From: Elusimicrobiota bacterium
GTDB taxonomy: Bacteria; Elusimicrobiota; Elusimicrobia; UBA1565; UBA9628
Assembly: GCA_033875325.1 (NCBI GenBank)
Contig: JANRKA010000041.1
Coordinates: 3,995 to 67,994 of the forward strand
Length of the DNA stretch: 64,000 nucleotides
Direction of reading: 5' to 3'
A program made the translations under genes and the position numbers. Below are positions 29,001-41,000 of this stretch, one piece after another; position 1 is the stretch's first letter, and every line of letters begins with the position of its first letter. The notes beneath the pieces were generated by a model. It was not told the origin of the DNA. It saw nothing but the letters and a program-made list of their open reading frames with translations, and ran no database searches.

Positions 29001-32000
29001 AACACGGAGTTGCCCGCGTCGCGGAAGCCGTAGTCGCCGGTCGTGCCGAAGAGGCCCATCGCGTAGCCGCGGCCGGCGTGCACCGTCTTGTCGCCCGCGG
29101 CCAGGTCGAGCAGGACCGTGGTCGGACCCTGCCGCGTCACGTTGCCGAAGTCGTCGCGCCGCTGGATGACGTATTGACCGCCGGCGCCGGCCACGTCGTT
29201 GATGCCGACGAGCGCGGCGTTTGGCGTGCTGACGAAGACCAGGGAGCTGGGCAGGCCGCCGACGCTGACCAGGTTGCCCGTGATGTTCTTCTTGGCCGCG
29301 ATGAAGAGGGTCCGGTCCACCGGCGCCGTCATGGTGCCGATCCACACGCGCGCGGAGTCGCCCGCGACCGAGGACACGAAGTAGCGGATGGTCGGGGTGG
29401 AGACGCCCACCGCGCCGCTGAGGTCGGAGAGGACGCGCGTGGACAGCCCCACGTTGACCCAGCCGGCGCCGTTGTCCACCTCGAGGTGGCCGGCCGCGCC
29501 GACCGCGTCCACGACCTCGACGAACACCGTCTGCGTGGAGGTGATGGGGTTGTCGAAGGAGTCGGTGAGCTGGCCGCGGATGTCGGTGAAGCCGGGGTTG
29601 TTGGGGACGAGCGAGCCGACCGAGATGTAGATGTCGTTGATGATGGTCGCGTCGGCCTTGATGGAGTCGGGCGTGCCCGGGGTCACCGTGATGAAGGGGC
29701 GCACCGAGAAACCCGCGACCTCGGTGTTGATGCCGGCGGAGGCCGTCTCATGCGCCTCGAGCCAGCGCGAGCCGGCGCGCTTGAGGCGCGCGAAGCTCGT
29801 GAGCACGCGCGTGCCCTGGTCGGTCGAGGACGAGAAGGTGACGTTGTTGCTCGGGTTGAACTCCGGGTCCTGGTTGCCGCCGAACAACTCCGCGGTGAAG
29901 GTCACGTTCGAGGCGTAGGCGTTGGGCCCGGTGGAAAGCGGGTTGTGGTACTGGTCGTGCACCGAGAGCGCGCCGTTGAAAGCCACGCCCGCCGCCACGG
30001 AGGCCGGAAGACCCGACCAGTGCATGTGATGGGCCGGGCCGGGATGGACGGGGAACAGGGCGGAGGACGCCTCGGCCCAGGTCGAGAGCGAGGCGGCGGT
30101 GGTCGCCGCGCGGACGCTCCAGGTCGTCGAGGAGGTCAGCGGGGTGATGCCGAAGGTCCAGTTGCCCTGGAACAGCGTCTGCGCCGCGGGCACGGCCGCG
30201 GCCGCGTCGGCGGGGAAGTTGAGCAGGACGTTGGGCATGACCGCGGTGGGATTGGAGTCCTGGGTCGGCCCGGCGTTGTCGGTGACCGTATTGAAGAACC
30301 GGTCCACGAGCCACACGTCCGCGTTGAAGGAGCCCGCCGGGAACGCGAGGGTGTACGCCGACGCCGCGCCGTCCTTGCCGGCCGCGCCCTCCTGCGGGCC
30401 GAGCACGCGACACACCGAGCCCGGCAGGTAGTCGCACTTGCCGGGACGGTAGGTCTCGCCGGGCACGGTCACGAACAGGCCCACGGCGGTGGAGGCGTAG
30501 ACCTTGAAGTACGGGGAGACGGCCGCCGGCGACTCGGCGCGGCAGACGTTGGACGGGGCGTTGCCCGTGCAGACGAGGTCGGCGGGCAGGCCGCGCACGC
30601 CCGCAGTGACGCGCGCCATGCCGGTCTTCGTCACCAAGGTCAGGCCCATCGGCACCGTGCCGCCGGCCAGCGGCACCGTGGCGGAGTCCAGGTCGTATGC
30701 GTCGTTGGTGGCGGCGTAGACGAACGGGAAGCCGCCGGCGGAAGTCTGGTTCATCCAGCGGTCCACCAGGTTGACGGTCGCCGTGAACGGCGCGCCCGCC
30801 GTTCGCGTGGACACGGCGCCGGACACGCCGCCGTTGGGATAGTCGCCGGACCCGGGCACCGCGGTCTGGCCCGGCAGCAGGACCTGCAAGCCCATCGGCA
30901 GGTCGGGGATGACGGTGAAGGTGGAGGACTGCGGATCCGAGGAGAGGCCCGAGGAGCCGAAATCGTCGGCCGACAGGTAGTGGCCCGTCGCCGCGCGACG
31001 CAGCGTGACGGTGATGGGCGGCGTGATGCCGGCCAAGGTGTTGATGCCCACGGTGGAGACGAACAGGCCGTACGCGTCGGACGGAGTGTTCACCTTCACG
31101 TCGGCCGCGCGCCCGGTGACCAGGTTGAAGAACGCGTCCACGACGCCCACCTGCACCGAGAAGGACGCGCCGGCCTGCTGCTGCGTGGTCACGCCCGTCT
31201 TGCCCGTCGGCGAGCCTTGGTCGAACGACTCGCCGGGCAGGCGGACCAGCAGGCGAGAGGGCGTGCCCGGCAGGACGTTGACGGCGGTCGCGGTGTCCTG
31301 AGAGACGACGGGGCCGAAGACGGGGACGGTGTTGACCATCTCCGCGCGCAGCAAGGTCGAGCCCGCGCGCTTGAGCGTCACCGAGTAGGTCGCCGAGGTG
31401 GTGATGACCTGCGTCGTCGGGATGATGACCGCGAAGGGGTCGTCGGCGACGAGACGGATCTCCTGGCTGGCGCCCGGGACGAGGTTCCAGAAGCCGTCGG
31501 TGATGTCCACGACCGCGTTGAAGGTGAAGCCCGCCTGCGTGGTGTAGGCCGCGCCCGTGCGGCCGTTGGTCGTGGAGCCGGGCACGCGCGTCTCCAGCGG
31601 CGTGAGCGCGCGCAGACGCGTGGGGTTGTTGGGGTTGAGCGTGAGACCATCGGAGACGCCCGCGGACAACGCGGGGGCGGCCGCGTCGCCGTCGGTCACG
31701 GTCAACACGCGCGTGCCGGCGGTGCGCAGGGTCAGGTTGAGCAAGGTCGCCGCGCCGGAGTTCATCACGAAGGAGCCCAACGAAGGCGCGAAGGGGTCGT
31801 CGGAGGCGACGGCGATGGCGGTCTGGTTGACGCTCGAGACCACGTTGTAGCGCGCGTCCGTGGCGTAGGCCGTCGGCGTGAAGAACACGCCGGCCGTCGA
31901 GATGGCGGGCGCCCCCGTGACGCCGAAGGGCGCGACGGTTTTGCCGGGCACCAAGGTCTGGCCGGGCAGGGCGACGATCAGGCGGTCGGGCGTGTTGGGG

Positions 32001-35000
32001 ATGACGTCGATGTCGGAGACCGTGGAGGTGGAGAGCTTCGGGAACAGGACGTCGTCGTCCACGGCCTCGATGACGAGGTTGCCCGTCGCGGCGCTGGGCA
32101 GGACCGCGGTGAACGGCGCCTGGCCGAGCGCGAGGTTCTGCGGCGCGTCCGTGGTCGCGTACGCGTCGTTGGTCAGCAGACGCACCTGGCGGCCGTCCAC
32201 GGCGCGGTTGTTGTAGAGGTCCACCGCGCGCACGGTGACGGTGTAGGTCTGACCCGCGGTGAGCGTGGAGAGCGCGCCGCTCTTGCCCGTGACCGTGCCT
32301 TCGACGAAGGACTCGCCGGGCGCGGTCGCCAGCAGCCCGATGGGCGTGTTGGCCTGGACCGGGATGGAGACGACGGTGTCGGTCGCGTAGGCCGTGCCCG
32401 TGGCCAAGGTGTCCGAGGCGCGCAGCTGCAGCCCCGCCTGGCGCGTGACGGGCGGGAAGGAGAAGGTCGTCGTGCCCGCCACCAAGGTGCGCTGGTACGG
32501 GTTGGGCGCGAGCGCGCGGCCCTGGATGTTGGCGTCGTTGAGGAAGTCCAGGCGCACCAGCGGCATGACGACGTCGGCGGTCAAGGGGATGAACGGCGTG
32601 GTGCCGGCGACCACGTTGAAGAAGGAGTCGGTCACGTTGACGCGGATGGTGGTGGTGACGCCGGCGGTCAAAGTCGCCGGCGCCGCGCCCGTGCGGCCGC
32701 CGCTCGTCGGGTTGGAATCGAACGGCGCCCGGCCCGGCGCCGCGACCTGGCCCTCGACGAGCAGCTGCAGCTTGGCGGGCGTGGACCACCACACGCGGAA
32801 CGGGTCGGGCGTGTAGTAGGTCGAGGTCACCGCGGGCAGCACCGCCGCCTGCACCTGCACGCTGTGGGTGCCGGCCACGACCGGGTGGAAGGCGAACACC
32901 GTGGTGCCCAGCGCCAAAGTCTGCGTGTAGGACGAGCTGTGCTGGTCGGGGAACAGGTTGGCGCGCACGGCGAAGGCGACGGAGACGTCCGGGTTGTAGA
33001 AGGGGTCCACGGCGTAGACGGTCACGGGGTAGGTCGAGCCGGCGAAGGTCTCCTGCGGCGCGCCGGTCTTGCCGAAAGGCGCGACCGAGAACTTGCCGGG
33101 GACCTGGGTCTCGCCGGGCAGCAGCGCGATGAGGCGGTCGGCGGACTGGCCGTTGACGGTCACCGCGCTCGCCGGATTGGAGGCGTTGGGGAAGATGCCC
33201 GAGCCCGTGGACTGCACGACCTGGGCGCCCGCCGTGACGAAGGCCCAGTCGAAGGTCGTCGAGCCGGTGAACACCACGGCGCGGTCGTTGCCGGGCGCGA
33301 AGGCGCCGTTGTTGGGGTCGGTGTCGGTGACGAACACCGAGGTCGTCGAGTCCAGGAACAAGTTGTAGAAGTCGTCGGTCACCTGCACGCAGTACTTGAT
33401 GGTCTGGCCCGCGACGAACGCGCGCGCCGCGCCCAGGCGGCCCTCGGAGCCCGGGGTCACCACGCCGGGGCCCGGGCGCTGGCCGGGGCCGCCCGTGCAG
33501 GTGGAGTCCGCGTCCGCGATGAGCTGGACGCGGGTCGCGGGGCCGCGGTGCGTCGTGTAGTTGAGCGTGCCGAACAACGCGGGGTTGTCCGTCTGCTGGA
33601 CGCGCAAGGTGCGGGCGCCCGCCTTGCGCATGCGGATGGTGAAGGTGTGGGCGCCGTTGTCGCCGCCGAGGCCCGTGGTGAAGGTGTAGGTCGAGGGCAG
33701 GCCGTGCAGGCTGTCGGAGACGGCGTCGTCGTCCATGCTCTCGGGGCCGCCCGAGCCGTCCACCATCGCGAAGTTGACCTGGCCGCTGTAGCTCGACGCC
33801 ACGCCGCCCGCGCCGCCCGGCCCGTCGCGCGCGGTGACCGTGATCTGCACGTCGTTGCCCACGGTGTGCGGGTTGGACGAGACGACGATGGAGAAGCTTT
33901 GCGCGATGCCCGAGATGAAGAAACGCGGGCCCGAGGCGATGACGCTCTGCAGGTTGCCGGCGTTGTCGCGCACGCGCGACCAGGTGATGTAGGGGTCGCC
34001 GCGCACCCAGCAGGGGACGCCCAGCGGGTTGGGCGCCGGGCAGGCCAGGTTCGGGTACTGCCAGTTGCCGAAGTTGTCCTGGAAAGACGCCGCGATCCAC
34101 GGCGGGCTGGCCACGAGCGGGGCCGCCGCCGTCCAGGTGGAGCCGTCCCAGAAGTAGCCGGTGTCGTCCCAACCGCCGAAGAGGATGGGGCCGCCGGTGA
34201 CCAGCGGCGCGGTGTCGCGGAAGACCATGAGCTCGGGCGCGGCCTGGTGCCAACCCAAGGTCGGCGCGACGCCGGAGCCCGTGCCGTTGATGCCGGAGGT
34301 GAAGCCCGGGTCCGAGGAGTTGCCCAGGACGACCTTGGTGTCGTCGTAGGTCGTCAAGTTGGAGGGGTTGGTGACGCTCGAGACCGGCTCGGCCGTCTCG
34401 AAGAGGAAACGCGCCGCGCCGGCGGCGGTCTGGTTGTTGCCGACCGAGTCGGTCGCCGACGAACGCACGACGTAGTGGCGCGAGGGCGTGTAGGCCAACG
34501 CGCCGTTGGTGAAGGTCCACGAGGTCGGGAAGAGATTGGCCGGCAGCACGGGCAGCCACACCTGCGGGCCGACGGCGAAAACCGTGCCGTCGAACCAGCG
34601 GTTGGTCTCCTCCTCGTAGATGGACACGGCGACGGCGGACACCGTGCTGTCCGCGTCGGTGGAGGTGCCCGAGAGCGTGGTGAGGCTGTTGTAGGCCGAG
34701 TCGGGGATGGGCGCGGTCGGGCCGGAGGTCGGCGGCGCGTTGTCGAAGCGGAAGGTCCGCGTGGACAGGCTCGTCTGCTGGTTGCCCGACGCGTCCACGG
34801 CCAAGGTCGTGATGAAGAAGGTCTTGCCGTTGAAGGTGTCGTGCGTGCCCTCGCGCCACGCGAAGTTCAGCGTGCCGGGGTTGGCGAAGTCGGGGTTCTG
34901 CGCGGAATCGTAGGCCCAGGGGTTGCTCGTGCCGAACGGCCCGGCGGCGCCCGCGACGGAGTAGAAATCGTTGGGGTTGCCGGCGCTCCAGTGCGGCGCG

Positions 35001-38000
35001 GCGGGGCTCCAGTAGTAGGTCGTGGGCCCGGTGACGTACCACATCTTGACCTTCACGTCGGCGACGTTCGAGGTCACGTCGGACGAGGTGCCCGCGATGA
35101 CGTTCATGGACGAGAAGGTCACGCCGTCGGTCGCCGGGTAGGTGATGGCCGAGAGCGGCCTCGTCGCGTCGAAGCTGAAGGTGGACGCCGCGTAGGAGAA
35201 GTTGCCCGCCGCGTCGGTGACGCGCGTCTCCAACCGCAGCTGCGCGTTGCGGTCGGGCCAGGCCACCAAAGACGAATCGTAGCGCCAGGTGAACAGGCCC
35301 GCGGCGCTCGTGGAATCGAGCGCCACGTTCCACAGGTCCGGGAAACCCGGGAAGCCGGAGTTGACCCAGCCCGTGCCGTCCACCCAGTACTGGTTGAGCG
35401 CTATGTCGTGCACGCGCACCGCGGGGAAACCCACGTTGAACGCGCCGGGCGCGGAGTCCTGGGCCGTGCCGGTGACCAGCGGCAGCGAGGCGTAACGCGC
35501 GCCGTTGGCCGGCAGCACGACGCCCGCGACGGGCGAGGACACGTCGAAGCGGAAGATGTTCGTGGTCAGCGCGGTCTGCGTGTTGGCCGCGAAGTCGAAG
35601 GCGCGCGAGGCGATGTCGTAACGCTCGCCGTCCTGCAGGCCCGAGGGCAGGTTGTTGGGCGGCGGCAGCTGGGTCGCCTTGGTCCACGGAGAGCCCGCGG
35701 CCGCCGTCAGCCAGGAGGCCTCGTTGGAGCAGTTCGCCGACCACGCGCCGCCGTTCCAGCAGATGTTGTCGGAGACGCGTTTGATCTGGACCTGCGTGCC
35801 GGCCACGCCCGAGGCCGCGCCACCGGCGTCGGAAGCCGTGCCGCCGATGCTGGGCAAGGTCTTGCCGTAGGAATTGTCGGCGGGCGTGGTGACGCCCGAG
35901 GCGGGCACCGAGGTGTCCCACTTGATGGTGTTGGCCGCGCCGATGCCCTCCAGGCCCGTGGCCCCGACGGCCTTGGGCAGGATGTTGTAGTTGCGGCCCG
36001 TCGAGGCGGGGAGCGCCGGAGGCGTCGCGGTGAAGGTGTAGTTGGGCAGCGAGCCCGACAGGACGGTCGGTCGCCACACCGCCGCGGTCGCCGAGAAGGT
36101 GCCGGTCAGGTTGTCGTACCACATGCCGGTGTCGGCTTCCTGGTAGGCCACCGACGCCGCGGCCACGCCGAAGGTCTCGGACGCGGTTCCGGCCACGCCG
36201 AAGGCCGTGTTGCGGTTGCCGCCGACGGCGGGCAAGGACGGCGGCTGGGTCAGCGCGACGGAGGGCAGGCTGGTGTTGAACGCGAAGGTCACCGTCGAGA
36301 TCTGCGCGGCCGAGCTGAGGTTGCCCGCGGGCACGGCGTTGTCGCGCGCGCGCACCCACACGCGGTAGGTGAACTGGGTCGTCAGCGGCGGCGCGTCGAA
36401 CTGCCAGACCCCGCCGAGGAAGGAGCCGTTGCGGTCGCCGCCGGTGATGGGGTACCAGATGGGGCAGCCCGACAGCGTGAAGGTGCCGCCGGCCACGGCG
36501 CCGTTCCAGCAGCCCGCGTTCGGGCTCAGCTCGCCGATGGCGACCTCGATCTGGGAGGCGGCGCTGACGCCGGCCAACGCGTCCACCGCCGTGCCGCGGA
36601 TAACGGAGAGGCTCGCCAGCACCGAGCCGTCGGTCGGCGCCTGGAAACCCACGGCGGGTCCGACGAGGTCCACGGTGAAGGTGGACGCGCGCGCCGGGTT
36701 GAAGAACGCCTCGGCGTTGCCGCCCGAGAAGGAGTCGTCGAGGCCGGAGGTCGTCGCGTAGTACGACGACCCGTGCTGCAGGCCCGTCGGCAGATTATTG
36801 GCCGCCGGCAGGTTGCTGACGAGGGTCCAGCTCGTCTGGTGCACGAGGACGCCCTCGCTGTTGGTCATCTGCGCGGCGCCCGGCACCCAGCTCGCGCTGT
36901 CCCAGCGCCAGCCGTCGGAGAGGCGCACGAGTTGCAGGCGCACGTCGGTGACGACGCCCGGGTTGGAGCCGGCCACGTCATTGGCCGTGCCGGACATGGT
37001 CGCCAGCGAGGAGATGGTGCTGAAGGCCACCGGCAGGCGCGTGTCGGTCACCGGCGGGTCCGTGTCGTAGATGACCGTCTGCGAGGAGTAGGTCGTCGCG
37101 TAGGTGCCCGCCTTGTTGCGCGAGCGCGCCTCGATGCGGTACTGGGTGCCGCTCTGGAACGGCGTGCCGCTCGACAAGGTCCAGCTCGTCCACAACGGCG
37201 CCGAGACCGAGGCGGCCTGCAGCCACGCCGTGTCGGCGGCGGCGGGCAGGATGTCGAAGAAGCCCGTGCCGTGGTTGTAGTAACGCGTCAGCCCCGTCTG
37301 TTGGAGGATGCGGACCTGGACCTGGTCGAGCGCCGTGGGCACGGCGTCGGACGCCGTGCCCGCGAGCGTGGTGAGGTCGCGGTGACGCGGCTGCGCGGGA
37401 TAGGTCACGCCCACGACGGGCACGGCCGTGTTGTAGGTGAAGGTCACCGAGCTCGTGCCGGCGACGAAGGCGGTCTGCTCGTTGCCCGCCGCGTCGGTCG
37501 CGCGCGCGGCGACGAGGTAGCTCACGCCCGTGGCATAGGGGTTGGGGCTCGCCGTGAAGGTCCAGGCGCCGGGCGCGCCGAAAGCGGGGATGAAGTTGGG
37601 GCAGGGAGCGGTGAAGCCGCCGCCGTAGACGTAACACAAGCCCGTGCCCAACCGCTCGATGGACACGGACACGGTCGAGACACCCGCGGCCGCGAGCGAG
37701 CCCGCGCCGTCAGGGTCGGGGTCCGAGGAGGAGCCCGTGAAGGCGAAGTTGGCGCTCTTGAAGCCGCCCTGCACGGGGTCGCTCACGGTCGCGACCGGCA
37801 AGGACGAATCGAACAGGAAGCCGAAGTTCTGGACGCGGTTGTTGCCGGCGCGGTCGGTGGCCGAGGAGCGCAACAGGTAAGCCTGGCCGTCCACGAGGCC
37901 CGGGTAGGTCCAGCCCCAGGTGTCGGTGCCGCCGAAGGCGTAGGCGCTCGTCGCGAAGAACACGGGGTCGGCGGCGGTGAAGGTCGCGCCGTTGTACCAA

Positions 38001-41000
38001 TGGCCCGCGCCCGCGCCCGAGGACAGCGCCAGGCCGAGGCGGTCGATGCCCGAAGGCGCGTCGAACGCCGTGCCCGCGATGGAGGCCAGCAGCGGGCTCA
38101 GCGCGCCCGCGGACACGGGCGCGCTCACGCCCGCGGTGGGCACGATGACGTCGTAGGTGAACGAGGCCGAGGAGAGCGCCGTCTGGGCCACGGACGCCAG
38201 GTCGGTGGCCGAGGAGCGCACGATGTACTGATGCGCCTGCGTCCAGGGCTGGACCGCGAACGGGAAGGACCAAGTCGCCGTCGAACCCTTCGCGCCGAAC
38301 CACGCCGGGCAGGCCGCGGTGAAGGTGTTGAGAGCGGAGTCGTAGCAGTTGGGCGAGGCGATGGAGGCGTCCTGGATGGAGAGCTGCACCGTGGAGACCG
38401 CGATGTTGTCGCCCGAGACGCCCGACACCGAGGGCACGGAGTTGCGGAAGGCGCCTTCGACGGGCGAGAGCACCGCGGCGAAGGGCGGCGTCACGTCGTA
38501 GGTGAAAGTCGAGCCGCGCGGCGACTCGAAGAGCTCGGCGTTCCCCCCGCCCGCGGCGTCGTCTATGCCGGAGGTGGTCAGGTAATACGAGGCGCCGGAG
38601 GTCATGTCGAGCGCGGTGGGCAAGTTGACGGCGGCCACGCTCCAAGTCGGGGCCGCGGGCGTGACGCCCTGCGGGCCCGCCATGGTCTGCAGAGCGGCCT
38701 GCCAGGTGCCCGCGCCGGGAGCGCCGTCCCAGGTGTAGCCGTCGGAGAGGCGCTTGAAGCGCAGGCGCATGACCGGCACCGCGCCGGGGTTGCCCGCAGG
38801 CAGGTCCGAGACAGTGCCGTTGACCGCGGTGAGCGCGTTGATGACGGCGCCGTCGCCCGGCGTGGTCACGCCGCTCTGCGGCGCCAGGTTGTCGTAGACC
38901 ACCACCACGCTGGAGTAGGGCACCGCGTAGGTGCCGGCGCCGTTCTCGGAACGCGCGACGAGGGTGTAGGTGGAGCCGTTGACGAAGGGCACGGCGCTGG
39001 AGGCCGACCAGTTCAGCCACGAGCCCGCGTGCGTGGCGTTGAACCAGGCCAGGTCCCCGTCGGGCTGGTTGAAGGCCAGGCCCGACGCCGGGTTGGCGAA
39101 CTGGCTGCCCGCCTCGCTGAACACGCGCAACTGGACGCGCCGCACGAAGTTGGGCGCCGTCGCCGCGGCGGTGCCCGCGATGGTCGCCAAGGTCAACTGG
39201 CCGTGGCGCGCGGGCGGGTTGGTCGGCGCGGTGACGCCCACGAGCGGGCGGGTGGAGTCGAAGCCGAAGTTGATGGCGGCCGCGGGCGTCTCGACGTTGC
39301 CCGTCGGCCCACCGAACGCGCGGTCCTCGGCGAACACGTCGAGGGTGTAGGTCAGGCCGTCCATCCAGGTCAAGGTCGGCGTGCTGGACTGGTAGCTCCA
39401 GGAGTTGGAGGCGGGCAGGTAGACGGCGGTGCTCGCGGTGACCGCGGCCACCCAGGTGCTGACCAGGTGGTCCCAGTAGAAGTTGTTGTCCAGGCGGCGC
39501 AGGCGGAAACGCACGCCGTTGGTCAGCTTCACGCCCGCGCCCACGCTGGTCGCCAGGAAGTCGGTCGTGCCGCCGCCCAAGGTGGGGTAGGTGGAGACGA
39601 AGGTCCCGTTGACGGGGAAGCTCACCGAGGAGGTCGGCGAGGACAAGTCGATGTAGAAGTTCACCTGCGGCGGCGCGACTTCATCGATGCCGGCGAGGTT
39701 GACGCCGGTGGTCTTGACGGTGAAGGAAGTGTTGTTGAGCGTCGCCCAGCTCGGGAGGACCTCGCCGGGCGGCGGGTAGCCCCAGTTGCCGGCCGACGGG
39801 AACAAGGTGCGCGTCGCGGTCGCGGCGCTGACCGTGCAGTCCACCCAGCCGAAGGCCGCGTCGCCCCAGCACAGGTTGCCCGCGCCGTCGAGACGGCGCA
39901 GCTCGAACTTGATGGTGACCGTGTTGGCGTTGGCCGTGCCCTGCATGCCGTTGAGCTGGTTGTAGCGCGTGAGGCTCGCCGGCGCGGTGATGGCCGTGAC
40001 GGCCGGCGGCGGCTGGAACTGCAGACGGCGGCGGCCCGGGGTGCCCATGGACGGCAGCGGGAACTGCGTGTTGCCCGCGTTGTCCACCGCGCTCGAGATC
40101 AGGATGTAGAACGAGAGGTTGCGCAGGTTCGAGTCCAAAGACGCCGAGGAGAACGCCCACTCGGCCGTGCCCGGGTTCCACACCGCCTGGTTCCAGATGG
40201 GCGGGCCGCTGGGCGGGCCCCAGGCGCCGCCCGCGGCGTCCCAGTATTTGCCGGCGTTCGGGTCGCCGGGGTTGGTCGCGTCGTTCTGGATGCTGAGGTA
40301 GACGAAGCGGACCGCCGAAGAGGAGGCGTTGACGAGCGGGTCGGTCGCGGTGCCCGTGATGGACGCCAACGAGGTCGTCGTCGCGTCGTCGGGACCCGGC
40401 GGGAACACGACGCCGGAGGTCGGCGCGGTGCCGTCGAAGGTGATGGTGGACACAGCCGAGAAGTAGTTCGGGAACGCGCCCGCGTTGCCGGCCTGGTCGG
40501 TGGCGATGACGCGCACGGCGTATTGGCGGCCGTTGGGCGAGGGGTCGTCGGCCACGCGGCTGATGTTGGCGCCGACGGGGAAGTTCGTCACGACCCAGGA
40601 GCTCTGGTGCGTGGTCGCGGGGAAGCTCACGGGGATGCTCTGCCAGTTCGTCCCGTTCCACCAGCGGCAGGAGCCGCCGCAGTTGGGCACGGGGTGCGCC
40701 GGGACGGTGAGGTCCGAGACGTCCTCGATCTGGATCAGGACCTGGGAGAGGCCGGAGGTGATGCCGCCGCCCACCACCGGCTCGGTGAAGGAGCCCGAGG
40801 AGAGGCTCAGCGTGTTCGTGCTCACGAAGGGACGGTCCGGGCGCAGGATGGTCGCCGTGGGAGTGGAGCGGTCCATCACGAAGGTCGTCGTGGAGTAAAC
40901 GGGGTCGGTGAACGCGAACAGGTCGCGGGAACGCGCCACGACGCGGTAGCGCCAGCCGTCCTCGAACGCGCCCTCGGGCAGGCTCGCGGGCTGGCTCTGG

